Source of the DNA: Octopus vulgaris
Taxonomy: Eukaryota
NCBI GenBank assembly: GCA_951406725.2
Contig: OX597822.1
Span: forward strand, 46,872,001 to 46,936,000
Length of the DNA: 64,000 bases
Direction of reading: 5' to 3'
Position 1 is the stretch's first letter; each line of letters begins with the position of its first letter. Shown here piece after piece: positions 1 through 14,480 of the stretch. The notes under the pieces were generated by a model. The model was not told the DNA's origin. It worked only from the letters and a program-made list of their open reading frames with translations, and did not search any database. Both the position numbers and the translations under genes were made by a program.

Positions 1-3000
1 ACTTATACTAATATCTTTTAATTATTATTTTACACATTTGTGAACAATCTCCAAACAGAATACAATGGTTGACTCCCCAGAACTGTAGTTTGTTGAATTT
101 CTTTACTCATTCGTTTTAGAATGGCTTGAAAAATACAATGACTGCTACAAAATTTGTGGGCACTATTTCAGAATCATGTTAACAATATATGCATATGGTA
201 ATATTGGTTTATGTAGATCACCACATGAGCTTTATTTCTGATATTAAGGTGCTTGGATGTTTAACTACTAATGTCATTGTTATCATCCTCCTGGGTAAAG
301 TTCATAACTGCTTGCCTTGGTCAAATCAGAATCACCTCAACTTAACAGTTTGTGAATGTAAGTTATCCTTGTTTAGTCCCAGATCAGCTCTATGGTTGAA
401 GGCAATCTAGTTAGGAGCCTTTGTATCTATCTAGGGCTGGTTCCCAAAATTAAGAGATAATGGGGTTAGATCCCCTAACGACACTGTCAAAACTGTATCT
501 TGGACTGTATTTTATACACACACACATAATAGGATGTGATGTAGGGATTTGGTTGCTATAGATGGCATTTGAACTACACAAAGGCTTCTTTGCTGGTTTA
601 ATAGTTATTGGCTGCTGGATGTCCTTTTTATTAATGAATGATTACTATTGAGAATTGTTCCATGGCTATTGAATTATTACCTTAGTTCATGATTTACTCA
701 TTAGATACCTCTACACTTCTGTATAACAAAATAACTGCATAACATCCATTAGTTGCCCTTCAGTTATTGATCAGATGTTCCAAAAATGTTTTCTTGGTGG
801 TGACTGATATAAAAGCAGCATCAATATTTATTACAAATGCTAAAGCTAGGTGAAATTTATAGTGGTTTTCCTTATTGTTAAACCACTTTGAACTGCTTGG
901 CATTTCTGCTGCTAACTGACATAGTTTACATTTTATAAGCAACGGTCCAATTTATCTCCTGACAGTTGGAGACATGAAATTACAAGATTAACAGCCATTA
1001 CACACTTAAAACTTTATCTGAAGAAAAAAGTTTCAAGTCTAAACTTGGACCATGCCTTTATGAAGTCATGTGTTGCTTATCTGAAGCATGAAGGATGTCT
1101 TCTGGAGTCAGTTATGTATGTTGCAAAGTTAATTTGATGACAGTTGCATAGTATTTATGTTATAGTGGTGCTATCTAATTTATCTGCTCTATTGGTACTC
1201 AGAATCAATAAATACTATATGAGTGGCCCTCTAATGATATATTAAGTCCTGTGTTGATACAGTAAGTTATTGGTAAACCATGCATTTGTTTCTCTTTTCA
1301 TTCTAAATCTCTTCAATTATACTTTTAGAGAGATATATCTTTCCTCTTAATCTCTGGTACCATTCTGGTTTAAGAAATCTGATATTGTTTACAGAATCAT
1401 TGATAGTGTTTCCAATTGACACAGTGTACATAATTTACAAATTAGCTTAAATTAAAATTGATTGAAAATACAGTTTGAAATTATTATTTACCAAAATTAG
1501 ATCATCAGTCAAAATACCATGTATTTCTTATGGCTCTTTGTTCTGAATGAAAATCCCACTGAGGTCAGCTTTCCCTTTATCCCTTTGGAGTCTAAAAATA
1601 AATACCAGTCGAATAGTCAAATGTGTCTAAATCGGAAACCATTTTGGTCTCCCTCTCCTTTCTTCTCATTGGTAATTCTTTGAAGTTTGTCTGAACAGCT
1701 TCTGAGAGTGACCTTCACTGTCCAGGTAAAATGAGTTCAGTCTGAGCTGAACAATCTTAATAATACCAATAATTAGCTGGTTGACACTTATACATATCAA
1801 GTCATTGACAATATTTGGCCTCTGGTTGCACTACTCTTTAGCTTGGACCATGTGAACATGGTTTTGTGCGATATCAAAATCTCTGCTTAGCTGTAGCCAT
1901 GGGTTTTACATGCTTCATTTCATCCTAGTTTTTTCAGAGTAATTTCACATATTTGATTTTTAATATCCTTGTTTACACCTGTTGTAAACAAGGAAATATG
2001 TTTATTGGAGGCAAATGTATATCATTATATTGCATTAGCTTTTCTAACATTTTTTTTCTCTTTGTTGTCATTTACTTAAATATGTAATTTCATTAGTCAA
2101 ATAATATAAATTCTAACAAATCTGTGTCCAATAAAAATACGCTATCACTCTTTTATTGAGTGTAGGTGGAATTATTTTGTTTTTTGAAAAACAAAAATAT
2201 TTTGTGTTGCTATATAGGTGAGGTGTATATGTTTTAGCTGGCAGACTTGTTTCTTTTTATCCTTTCAATCTGTTTTTAGCTATAAAACTAGCTTTAACTG
2301 GAATGATTCAAGGCATTTAACAGCTTTTAGTTGTAGGTGTGAATCAGGCAGCTAGCACAACTCACACTGTTCTTACAAATGCCTCACTATTCTAATCTTC
2401 CTCCACAGATAAGGATTCTATTTCAGTATTTTGGTGTGGCAGCCAGTCACTTCAGGACTGCTTAAAGTATTTTCCTATATGGGATTCTTTTAAAAAGTGG
2501 GATGCTATTGTTTCGTTTAAAACTTAGGGATCATTCAGATAAGTGGTAAGTAGGTATTTGCAATTAATATTCTTCATTTCTTAACACTACCTCACCTGAC
2601 TTGCCTTCTTCCAAATTATTCTCTTTTTCTTTTCTTTTCTCTCTCTTTCTCTGTCCTAGACTGGTTTGGCTCTTTATAGTGAGTGTTTATACTTCTGCTG
2701 GTGGGTAAACCTCACTGGAATGTTGGAGCTTCCCATTAATGGTTGGTTGTTGCCCTTATTAGTATGATTCTCACAGACTTCTAAATTAGTCATCTTTTTT
2801 TCTCTCTCTCTCTCCTAAACAGCTGTTATTTCCTGCTTGGGTGATGATTTTTTTCTTCTAGTAAAAAAACATTTTAATTTACATACTCTCCGTATTGAAT
2901 GTTATCTGTTGCGTTAGAATAAGCTGATGCAGCATCTATTGATTTAGTTTTATTCTATTCTGCAGTTCCTTCTTTGGTTATGTTTATTAACCGAGCATTC

Positions 3001-5516
3001 ATTTTCCCCAATCTGACATTTTTCTAATCTCTGTTTTAGTGTCATTATTTCATTTTTGTTTCTTTCTTCTCTGTGCCTAATATCGCATTGTTTACTTTTG
3101 TAAGTTCTGTTGGTTTACCATGTAAATATAATTGTGCCAGCAATTTCTGGCTTCAGAACTGCTTAATGTTGCAGAATTTTGAATTATTGCTATTTGTATA
3201 AGAAAAGGATCTTTTATTTGCAAAGAGCAGTGTTACCTCTTTATAAAGGAAATGTACCAGAGATAAACTTAAGTAAAACTTTTTTTATTAGTTTACTAGA
3301 GTGAAAATACTGTGTAACAAATTATAATAGAATTAATACAGAAAACTAAAAAAAAAATTAAGTTATAAGCTTCATAATTAGTTTCCAATTTCCATATTTA
3401 TATTAAAAATATAACAAAGCTATTTATTAGTTTCTATCTTTGAAGTGAAGAGGTTGTATTGACATTTTTGTTCATTACTCAGGTCAAATTTTATTTACTG
3501 TACTTTTTTTATTATTGGTAAACCAGTGTATACTTTTTCAAATGCAGTTTAAGTACTCCTTCAGATATTTTCTTATCGCTGGTTTTCTAATATGAAAGTT
3601 TGTTGTGTAAATTGTTTTATCTAATTGGAATATCAATGAATGAATAAGCAGTTGGAATGTTGTTGGCTACTTTTTCCTCCATACAAAAACTTTCGGTTCT
3701 TTAACAGATGTGACATTGAAGATCATATAAAAGCATTGTTGCAATTTATTCCATAAAATACATGAATTCCCACAATATTTTATTTCTGTTCTATCAATTA
3801 GTATGGATATTGTTTCATCAATTTCAAGAAAACCTGTTTGCTGTTTTTTTTGGGGGGGTTTTTGGTTCAATTTGAAGGCAGCTGTGCCCATAGTCTTCAT
3901 GATCCCTCTGGTAGATATTTTGAATAATTAGAATAACGTTCACAACACAAACAAAAGAAAGCATTTATGCTGCACACAAGTTTCTTGTTCATGCTTTGCT
4001 ATAATGCCTAAAAGATGCACAATTTCTCTAAATGACCAAGTCGTTTTATATACTAGCAACATCTGCAAAAAATCCATTGACTACAGGTTTTTCCTCTCTG
4101 CAACTGAAGGTTTTATTTTATTTCATGTTCCTCAAAAGTATCCAATCACTTTTACAAGTTGGTGAGGGCAATTATAAGATTTTAAAAAAATTAGATTTTT
4201 CATTGTATTATGGCTCTTGAAAAATTAGCATCAAGTTATGTAATGCTATCTATAGTTGTCTGACCCCATTCTCATCCAGTGGTCGAACAACAGTAAAATA
4301 TCAGATGGTAGTAACTCTCTCTGGAGCCGTACAATGAAAATAAGCAGTGTTCTCTATTTTTAACTGCAGCCAGAAGCAAGTTTTCCCCAACTTATTTTAT
4401 TCTCTTCCCACAGACTTGCTTAAACATGTATCATTGTCACTAAGTCTGCTTTTCATTAGTCTAATACAAGCTGCAAGTGTTCTTTAATCTTCCACTTAGA
4501 TGCACTACTAGACATGTCATTAGTTTTATTAAATCTTTAGCTTCTAATCTTTCTGATTTGCCCATAATTATAATCTTCACTATGTTTATCACCTACTTAA
4601 TTATTTGTACATTATTCTCATTTCTTATTTGAAAAGTTTTCAAGAAATTTTTAATTTGGAAGTAATTGACAGTAAAGATAAAAATTTCTATTGCTCTTAG
4701 ACCAAATTGAAGAGGAAATATTTCAATTTTTATAATAAATGCCCCATGTTCTTGCATGTCATAAGAGATAGCTAAAAGGGTTGGTTAAACAAGGGTATCT
4801 AACAGTGAAACCTGTTCAACTCCTGCCAACATGAAATATCAAATGCATGTGTGTATGTAAGGAGACATAGTCATAGACACCTAATTTCCTTTTTTATCAC
4901 CATGGATAGATCTAAATTTCTTGCATGATTGAAAATCTAATTATTTATTATGTAGCTAAGCAGATTGGAGTTATTTTAATCTAAATCTCATCCAGTGCTG
5001 ACTTTTGGACTCTTATTTCGTTAAGCAGGATTAATTAGAAACTAGAATTTAGAGACCGTTGGCTTCTGTTATTTTCTCATTTAAATTTCATTATGAACTT
5101 GTTTTACTTCTGGAATTATTGCTGCTTTAATAGAACCTATTTGATAAATGTATATTGGATAGGCTGAAAAATGAAGCAGCACACAACTTTTTCAGTGGGT
5201 AATCTTTTCAAAGGTGGGATATAAAAGGCGGCAAGCTGGCAGAAACATTAGCACACTGGGCGAAATGCTTAGCAGTAATACAATGAATATGGCTGTATAG
5301 TTAGATTTGCTTCTTGGCTATATAGTTTTGGGTTCAGCCCCAGTGTGTAGCACCTTAGCATCAAACTGACCAAAACCTAGTGAGTGGCTCTGATAAACTG
5401 AAAGATACCTTGTTTTGACTTTGTGCATCAGTAGAAAATAAGCTACACCATCAAACAACTAGTATCATTTCCAATCTTACATAAAAACATGTCTGGTCAT
5501 GGGAAAATATTACCTT

Positions 5517-6062
5517 TATTGCCCACTGGGGGCCAACAGAGAGGGGACAGTACAAAAACACGGGTCTATAAAAACGTATGAATTTTACATAAAATGAAGA
5601 TTAAAAAATTTATGACTAACATAATGTGTATGTTAGACAAACAATAGAAAATAGCACAATGAAGTGGGGCAGGGGGTTGGCTCCGACCCCCACAAGCACT
5701 GTTCCACCACTGAAACCTTTTAATTTTCCTTCATGGTTTACACTTGCATATGGTCATTCATACTCAACATTTGTACTACACCCTTCCGTCTTTAGTTATA
5801 TATATATAACAGATGACAAACATCTCTTCTCCAGCTGTATTTTCCTTTTAAGATGGAAAATGAGGAAACTCACCAAGCCCCGGCTGGAGATGAAGATGCC
5901 TGTTGTTACCCCTTTCATTTGGGTCTTCCATACTGCCTCTTTCACCATAGCAATCACAACAAGGAAACAAACCCTTTCTTCCTTGTTAAAGGAAGACGGT
6001 GGAGCAATCTTTGATTCAGGTGACAGCTGTACTCTTCCCAGACGGGACAGCAGCTATTTGAC
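5517..6062 (-). mobile_element. 3' fragment of a Tx1/L1-like non-LTR retrotransposon inserted into a SINE
   Basis: Minus-strand open frame about 6054-5810, LLSRLGRVQLS...VIAMVKEAVWKTQMKG...FHLKRKIQLEKRCL, resembles L1/Tx1 ORF2 C-termini; the flanks 5461-5516 and 6063-6170 join into one SINE 3' half. Confidence 0.55.
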
Positions 6063-6770
6063 GTTAGAAACAGGTATGGGTTGGCAATAGGAAGGGTATA
6101 CCACCATAGAAGATAAGCTTCAAATTCTGTCTGACCCATGCAAGCATAGGAAAGTAGGTATTAAAATAATGATTGTTGGCATAAGTTTATTATTCAAGAG
6201 TTGTTGGATAATTGTATACCTTTTAGAAATTGACTTCTAATATTTTAAATACTGTCTTTAATAAAAATGACTGACTAGATTGCAATAACACACAAATTTG
6301 TATTGATAACTTACAAACAATAAAACACTGCTGCTTACACATCTTGTCAACTGACATTCTACTGTGATAATTGTTTTCATTTTTGTTTCGTTTTTTTTTT
6401 ATGACATTTCTATCATTGGATGTTTATTAAATTATAAAATATTACAAGGAAAACATTTCGTATTCTGTTGCATAGTTTAGGATTTCTTGTTAAACTTGAT
6501 GTTTAAACTTGATAGATGATCTCAAGTCTGTTAGATTGTTTGACCTTTTCAGATAGGTATTTCAAGGAATTCTCTGAAGAATAAGAAATATAATGAGGCT
6601 CATCAAGCCACAACTTTGATTTCTTACAAACAACGGATGCTACTTTTATAGAATTTTTTTTCCTATTTAATGCATATTTCCTTGAACTTCATGTAAAAAC
6701 TAGTAAATGTTAAATTGTTTTGTCTTTTGTAGATTGACTGCTTGTTTGTTTTCAGCAGAGATCTCCTAAA

Positions 6771-6838
6771 ATGACTGTTGATTATTACAAAGTACTTGGT
6801 GTAAACAACAATGCCACTGATGCGGAAATAAAAAAAGC
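6771..6838 (+). CDS. DNAJB6: DNAJB6/MRJ-like Hsp40, coding exon 1 (J-domain start MTVDYYKVLGVNNNATDAEIKKA)
   Basis: ATG at 6771 in AAAATGA context, upstream acceptor ttttCAG|CAG, donor GC|gtaagt (phase 2); translation matches the J-domain helix I-II consensus DYY.VLGV...A...EIKKA. Confidence 0.95.
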
Positions 6839-9800
6839 GTAAGTATTTTTTTTGTTCTCAGATTAACCTTAGTATTGCAAAAAAAAAAAAGGTTTGATAG
6901 TTATGCATTTTCGGTAAAAAAAAAAATTCTATCATAAATGTAATCACTCAATTGTATTCTGTAAAGCTAACTTTACACATATACTGCAATTGCACATGGC
7001 TAAGTGATTAGGATGTTGGGCTCACAATCATGAGTTTGATTTTTCAGACCAGGCATTGTCTTTGAACAAAGTGCTTCATTTCACATTGATCCAATGTGCT
7101 CAACTGGAAATGAATACTGCTCTTATATTGGTGCAGCTTTCTTTCTTCCAGCTGCCACTTGATGCTCCATTATGTCAACAGAAGGGTACCTGTTTCACAA
7201 TTACATAGGCACCTAAAATTATTAGTGAATGCTTGGTACATGCTACCTCACTTGCCAGCAACGGCTATGGCTTTGTGTGTATGTGTGTATAGTTAAACAG
7301 TTCAAAATCATATGGTTTTGATTTTGTTACAACTGTATGACCATTATTAGCTGGTGCTTTCTATACCACAGGTTGGCTTTGAGTAAAATATGGTAGACAG
7401 AAACTATAGAGTACCTACGATATGTATCTTGTCGTGACATGCAAATTACTTGGGAAGTCACTGTCATAAAAATAGTGCCATTTGTGTGCATCCTCCAATC
7501 ATTTCCAGCTATTGAGCTGCTTGTTGTTTGAAGTATAACCTTGCTGGAGTTAATGTGACAGGAGTAGCCAGCTCTGATAAGCAAAGACCTCTATGATAGT
7601 TAATAGAAAAGTCAGACAATTTGTCTGTAAACTAGTGGTTGTAGTGATGGACTTTGACAGTTGGTTTGGTCAAGTGACCTTTCTTTGGATGGAACCTAGA
7701 TTGTGTGCATGAAACATCAGCACACTTTATAAAATTCTGTGATTAGTAATAGTGAGCTTCCTTGTCTTTACTGTAGCATTTATGAATGAATTTGGTTAAT
7801 GGAAACTATACAAAGCTTGTCGTGAAATTCTGGTGATTTGATGAGCTTGCTGCTTTCTTTACAAGCATGGATATGTGAATATACAATTGTATTGTATAAT
7901 GCTGAGCATGCATATTAATACAAACAGTTGAGCATAATTTCTTTCACACTGAAATTGATACTACATGAAGAAGGTTGTGAAACGGCTGTAATCTTAAAGA
8001 TGTCACATGGTTAAATGAATATATATTCACTACATGTACCTCCTGACTCTGTTTATATACTCCTCATGAAATAATTTCACCAATCAGATCTTCTGGATTT
8101 CATCTGCATAGGTGCTCTACATTACTCTTCTTTGTATTGGATTACTATACTTAAGTGGAGCTTTGTGATAACCACAGAATTTTCTGAAACCATATCTTAT
8201 ACTTTAAGTGTGTGTGTGTGTGTGTGTGTAAAGGCATGGCTGTATGGTAAAATATTTGCTTTCCAACTACATGGTTCCAAGTTCAATCCTACTGCATGGT
8301 ACCTAGAGCAATTGTCTTTTGTTTTCGCCTCCAGCCAGCCAAATCTTTGTGAGTAGATTTGGTAGACAGAAACTGAAAGAAGCCTGTCCTGTGTATATCA
8401 CTGTCACCTTCCTTTGACATCGCATCATAGTGTTACCATTATACAAGCACTGTCTTTTGTTGCCAATCTTCTATGAAAACCTGCCTAGTTACGAGGAAAT
8501 ATTACCTTACATCTACCATTCCATGTTCACATGGGTTGGGTGACTATATATGATGATGTTTGCATCTTGTCAACAGCAGTTGCAAAGTTGTGGATTTTTT
8601 ATCTTTTCATCTTTTGGGTTTCTTGAGACACATTGGTACCTCATGGCTTGTATTCCAGCTTTTTAATTACTAAAGAACTTCTTAGTATTGCACTACAACA
8701 TTTGAAGTTTCCATAAGATTCCAAAACTAAGCTCTGTATTTATTAACACTGCCTAAAAAGAAAAAAAATTCACATGCTTTGACCCCTTGTGTAAAAGCAA
8801 GTGGCAATGATCTTTAAGTACAAACTAAAACCAATCTACATGGAGGTTTATTTTAAAATTTACTATTGATTTAATTCTGCACTGGTTATATAATTTTATC
8901 ACAACTTTGATTTATGAAAGATCAATGTTTGCCACTTGGAAATTTTATAAAACTTGAAAAATTTAGAATGCCATCTAGGAAGTTGTGTATATCATCGTGT
9001 GTTTTTGTATGTATAGAAGTATCGAAGTATTCATCATTTCAAGTCCATGTTCCATGCTGGCATGGGTTGAACAGTTTGGCAGGTCTCAGTGAGCCCAAGA
9101 ACTGCATCATGCTCCAGTGTCTTTGGCAAGGTTTCAACAACTAAATGCCCTTTCAAATGCCAACCACTTTACATGTACTGAGTACTTTTTCTTTCTCTGC
9201 CACCACCTGTGGTCACCATGCAGTTGAAGATTACAATCCTTAAGTCTTAATGTTTTTTTTTTTTTTATATACTGACCTCAGGCCAAAATAACCAAAACTG
9301 CAGGTTGCTGAATAGATTTTTGTCTATTTTCAACTTGTCCAAAGGAAAAAAGGACATCACGCATGCATGCACATTTGATAATTAAATCTAGCTCTTCACC
9401 ATCACAGCTATTGTGACTATTGGTTAGGATTATTAACTACCTGGTTACAAGTTGAAACATGACTGTTGCAGTCAATGTTGTATAGTAAAGGTGTGTAACT
9501 TTCTGAGAAACAGAAACCAATGCCTTAATCATGGCCAACACTGAAAGATGATGCAATAGTATGAAGTAAGGATACTTGATTACCAAGATAGAAGTTCATT
9601 GTTAATGCAGATAGTGACTACAAGTCATAGCTACTGGTTAACAATTCCTAATTTTATATAAGTGCATGGAGCTGTAAAAACAATTGGTCAGACAAAATGA
9701 AATGTCTAAATTTGTATTTAAAAAAAACCCACGTTTGTGATTAACAAGTGTAAAAACTGAATTTGACCTTGCAATTTAGTTCACTAAAAAAAAATTCAGT

Positions 9801-11594
9801 TAAAATTCTCACCTTTAATACAAAAGATTTGGAATTGTGAATTTATGAATTTTCACCTAAAAAGTACACACACCAGAAATAACTTTTTCTAAACATAAAC
9901 TGTTATTTCAAATGGAGTTTTACCTTTACAGAAACTTTTTATTGGGCATGCATCTCTTCTGCTCAATGAATTTTGGGCTTACATTTAGGATGTCCTCAGC
10001 TAGTCTTAGGTCTCTTTAAGCAAGCGAGTGTATGTACAGCATATGTATAGTCTCTTGTAGGTAAGATTTAATCCTTAATCCCATCACCGTTACCTATCAT
10101 CCCACTGAGGACACTAACTGAATTAATATTTCCAATCCTTTACATTCTTCATTCAGATCTTAGCAAAGCCAACTGCATCTTAATTGTTTTGATATATGTT
10201 GCTATAGTTTCATATATTTACATATAATCATTTGAATGCTTTTAACAATGAAAGGAGAATAGAGTTCTGTTTTTTTAGGTTGTTTGTAACATGTAATGTG
10301 GTTGATTAGTTGTTGAATACTTCTTTTTCCAAATAGCTCAGCTGGTTCATAACTTAAAAATTAAAATATATGAATACTAGGGAAGAATAACTTCAATATA
10401 TTTCTAACTTGTCACTGATAAAAAGTACATTTTTATGGTTTAGGGTAAAGAAAGATCTGACGACCATAAGTTTTGAATTCAAATCCATGGCAGGTGTTTT
10501 ATTGTATATTTAGTTACATACCTCAGTTCATCTATCACTCAAGAATAGGTGCCAGACCATCCAGTAAAGTTACCTGAGATGGATTGCTATCCTATTCAGG
10601 AAGCACTCTCTTACATCTGTTTAGCATTATCAAAATGCCTAAGCACTGACTATGTGATTAACTTGTGATTTTAAAGTAATTTATTCTTATGTTTCACTTA
10701 AACTTTGAAACTTGAAACTTTTTGCTCTCATTGGTTCTGCAGTCCTAATTAAAGACTAATGTTTGGATTAGACTTAAGTCATACTAGTTTATTGGATCTA
10801 AGAAATACTACTCAGCTTCTGCATTGACTGTTTATAGGAGTATAGAAAGATGCTTATTTATCTTTTACAGCAGTACATAGTGTATAAAAATGGTAACTTT
10901 TTACATTAATACATTATATTCAATGAATGAGCACTGGATAGTCATCTATTCTATGACAATGGGGTGGATAAACATAGCTTCTCCATTGATTCAATTGTTA
11001 GGAAATTAATTTTAGAAATTGTGCAAATTATGAAATGTCCACCTTGGTCTTTTACCCAGGCTTGCTGTCATCCATAGGCAAGGCAGGTTTAAGATGCAGG
11101 TATGTCTAGGCGCAATGGATGACCAGGATTTCAATATCTTGTGCTCTTTGCATTTAACAATGTTGGCTGAAACTGCTTTTTTGACCTATTGAACCCAGTG
11201 TTTTCGTTCACTCAGTCTGTTGCGGTTAATTTCTACATGCTGTATCAGGTGCCCCTTAATCCAAAGTCATCAAGAATTTAGGACCCAAAAGCTACTCTCA
11301 CCTAGTTTGCCTTATTAAAGTGGTTTTCTGGCTTGGCCACTATACATGCTGTGGCTTCAAGGAGCCATAACTCACAGTAGAAGACCAAAGATGGACAGAA
11401 AAACTTGCTGCTATTCCTCTTTTACACACCCACATGAATACATAGTAGTATATAAAAAAAGTTACTTTTCTATTAAAGAAAAAAAGTACATAGTTTTTGT
11501 TCTATGGCTGTTAAATTCTGATCATCTTGAGAATTTTCTAGTCTTGGTTAATCTCTTCCATTTGCAACTTGTGTTTTCATTATATTGCACTCAA

Positions 11595-11792
11595 CCTTTT
11601 TGATACCAACCTGCCAATACCACCCATGGTGCTGTCCTGTTCTAAAGTGATCTAAATACTGTTCATCAAAATTTCATGTCAATTTGTTTCAAGCACCAGA
11701 TTCAGTATCTCAGTTATTTTACTAAATTCTTCATTATTTCTATAATTAAAACAAAGGCAATGCATTTCAATAGAAATCTGCTAACAAAAGGG
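11595..11792. mobile_element. piggyBac-type MITE (same family as the copies at 52628 and 53074)
   Basis: TCAA|CCTTTTTGATACC ... AACAAAAGGG|TTAA termini; internal similarity to the 52-53 kb copies. Confidence 0.7.
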
Positions 11793-12603
11793 TTAAGTTT
11801 ATATTTTAATAGTTTTACTATTTTCTCATAGCTTTTTAGCATAATCAAACTTTAACATTGAATGAGGGTATTTGATTACAAAATGTCTAAACCACATAAG
11901 ATCTTATGTTTTCTAGGGTCGTGGTTTGATTTGATTTGTTTCTTTGTTTCATCACCATCGTTTAACACCCACTTTTCCATGCTTGCATGGATCAGATGGA
12001 TTTTGATGCCCAAAATGTTTTTCATGGAAGACTAAAAATAGCTAACATAGCTTATTTGTAACCATTACATGATGTCAAGTCATGGGTGTGTGTGTGCACA
12101 CACAGCTGACTTTTAGTTTTTGTCTACCAGACCCATTCACAAGGCTTTGGTCAGGCTGGGCTGTAGACTTGCCCAAGGTGCGATGCAGTGAGCTGAACTT
12201 TCATGATTCAGGAAGCAAGGTGCCTTGCTGTACTCAACACTCGTCCACCACAGAAGATTTGATATCCAAAAATCACCTCGATAACACAATGTAACACGTG
12301 TTTTGTTTATTTGTATTTTTTAATGTTCATATATGCATTTTTTGCCACTAAATTAAAAAATCTCACTCGTTTTGACATAACATTGATAGTTATTTATTTA
12401 TTCCTAATTTCATATTTGCTCATAATATTTGTAACTTTTCTCTTCAGCACTTTGTTGGTTCAATGTATTCTAGTATTGTAAGGATAATTACACAACATCT
12501 ATTACTTTTTCATATATTGAAAGGTATTTAGGAAGTATAATATTAGTTAGAACAAAAAGAAACAATGAAATTCTGTGCTGTAAATACCTTGATAACTGTT
12601 TTC

Positions 12604-14480
12604 TTAAGATAAGTGCTTTGACGATCGAGATTTTCTGGAGTGTATACCTTCATCTCTTCTGACTAGAGACCATATATAATCTCCCATCATAGCAGTATAC
12701 CATCGTCCTTGGTATCTTCTTTCCATAGTTGCAATGTCCCGATGAAATCTCTCACCATGCTCCTCACTGACATCACCCAAGTTTTCGAAGAAAAAATCTA
12801 TGGGAGAATGCAAAAAATGAACCTTTAAGGACATACAACAACCCATTTTCTTGAAGTTTTCAATAAGCTTTGTTACCAGCTGTTTGTAGTTAGGATCCTT
12901 GTGATTTCCTAGGAATCCACGAACTACATCACGAAATGCACACCAAGCTTCTTTTTCAACTTTTGTCATCGCTCTTTCCAGTTTCTTCGACTTTAACATT
13001 GCATTTACTTGGGGCCCAACAAATATGCCACCCTTGATCTTAGCCTCAGATAGCGTTGGAAACAAGACAAATTTCTTGAAAAGCTTCTCCTCTAAAATCT
13101 AAGGCTTTTACAAACTGTTTTCCCGATCCGAGTTTGATATGTAGTTGGAACCTACTAGAGGCTGTTTGAGAACATTTAACATTCCTGGCTGCAGTTCCAC
13201 TTGTGGGGGCCAATGTACTCTCTTGTAATGATCATCATCAGCTCTGCTGTCCCATAAGCAAAGGAAACATGAATACTTTGTGTATCCCCCTTGCAAGCCA
13301 AGCAAGAAGGCAAGCATCTTGAAATCACCACAAATATCCCACTTGAACTATGCGTATTTTATTTTGTCGAGAAGTTCTTTGACATTATCGTAATTTTCTT
13401 TCTTCTGTAAAAGCACCATCCGTTCGTGGCCGTTTGCCAGCTCTGTCTGGCACCTGTGCAGGTGGCACATAAAAGGCACCCACTACACTCACGGATTGGT
13501 TGGCGTTAGGAAGGGCATCCAGCCGTAGAAACACTGCCAGATCTGACTGGGCCTGACGAAGCCTTCCAGCTTCACAGACCCCAGTTGAACCGTCCAACCC
13601 ATGCTAGCATGGAAAGCGGACGCTAAATGATGATGATGTATGGAGTGTGTATGAGGCAAAGAAAGATATTTATTTCCATTGTGGAGCAACACTGCTTTGA
13701 GACTTCGTGTTGAGCTATCTATGAACAGTCGCCATTCCGCAGAATCATGCTTGAGTCCAATAGCAGTAAACAAACCAATCACATCTTTACAATAACACAG
13801 ATTATTAATATTTTCATAGTAAATTTCAAATTCTTCATGGCATTTCTGGTACACAGATGTCTTGCAGTCTTCCCCCAGTAGATTCCATTCCTTCAACTTT
13901 GATGAATGAACTTCAGCTCCTGACTTAGTAAGACCCAAATCACTGGTTAAATCATCTAGCTCACTCTGATTTGGAAAGTGAGACTCCAAAGTCATTCTTG
14001 GTACGAAAGCTTCCTCCATTTCTTGGCTGCTGCTACTTGTTGACTCTGCAGGTGAAATATTTTCTGGTAGTAGTGGTACTCGTAAACTGTCATCATGTGG
14101 GACAGGTTCTCTAGATGATGGTATGTCTGGATACTGAAGAGCTTGTCTTCTTTTCACTTTTCTGTACTTTGTCACATTGATCATACAAAAGTAAGTCATC
14201 GTGATGGTTCTTTGGCTCTCTCCATACCCTTGGAACAGCAAAAGGCATTGACCTTCCTGTACCTCTTAACCATCCTTCTAGTGTAGATCGACAGCTTCCA
14301 CATATCACATGTGGAACCCATGGTTTGTCCTGGTCACCCATGGGCATTCCGAAGTAGTCTGTACGCTATCCACAATTTGGCACCTTTCACGATTTTATGT
14401 AATACCTGCTTTTTTCCAATATAATAACCACACACATAGCAAAATGTATCTGGAGAATTTTTACATATTCTAGTAGGCAT
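12604..14480 (-). pseudogene. Transposase pseudogene (frameshifts, a stop, a small deletion and a SINE insertion)
   Basis: Ordered motifs CKNSPDTFCYVCG, DQDKPWVPHVIC, PRVWREP, WRLFIDSSTRSLKAVLLHNGN, ICGDFKM..LLGLQGGYTKYSCFLCLWDSRA, LHIKLG, GIFVGPQ, MSLKVHFLHS, SEEHGERFH...RYQG spread over several ORF-track pieces. Confidence 0.9.
13405..13638 (+). mobile_element. 5'-truncated SINE with (TGA)n tail inserted in the transposase gene
   Basis: Interrupts HSIH|KENY; ends ...ccatgctagcatggaaagcggacgctaaa(tga)n; the same family recurs many times in the window (e.g. 39752-39920, 41261-41765, 42957-43128, 51911-52085, all minus). Confidence 0.85.

Noticed and set aside
5626-6090. 154-aa plus-strand ORF
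   Set aside because: It is the antisense reading of the LINE 3' fragment and has no recognisable domain.
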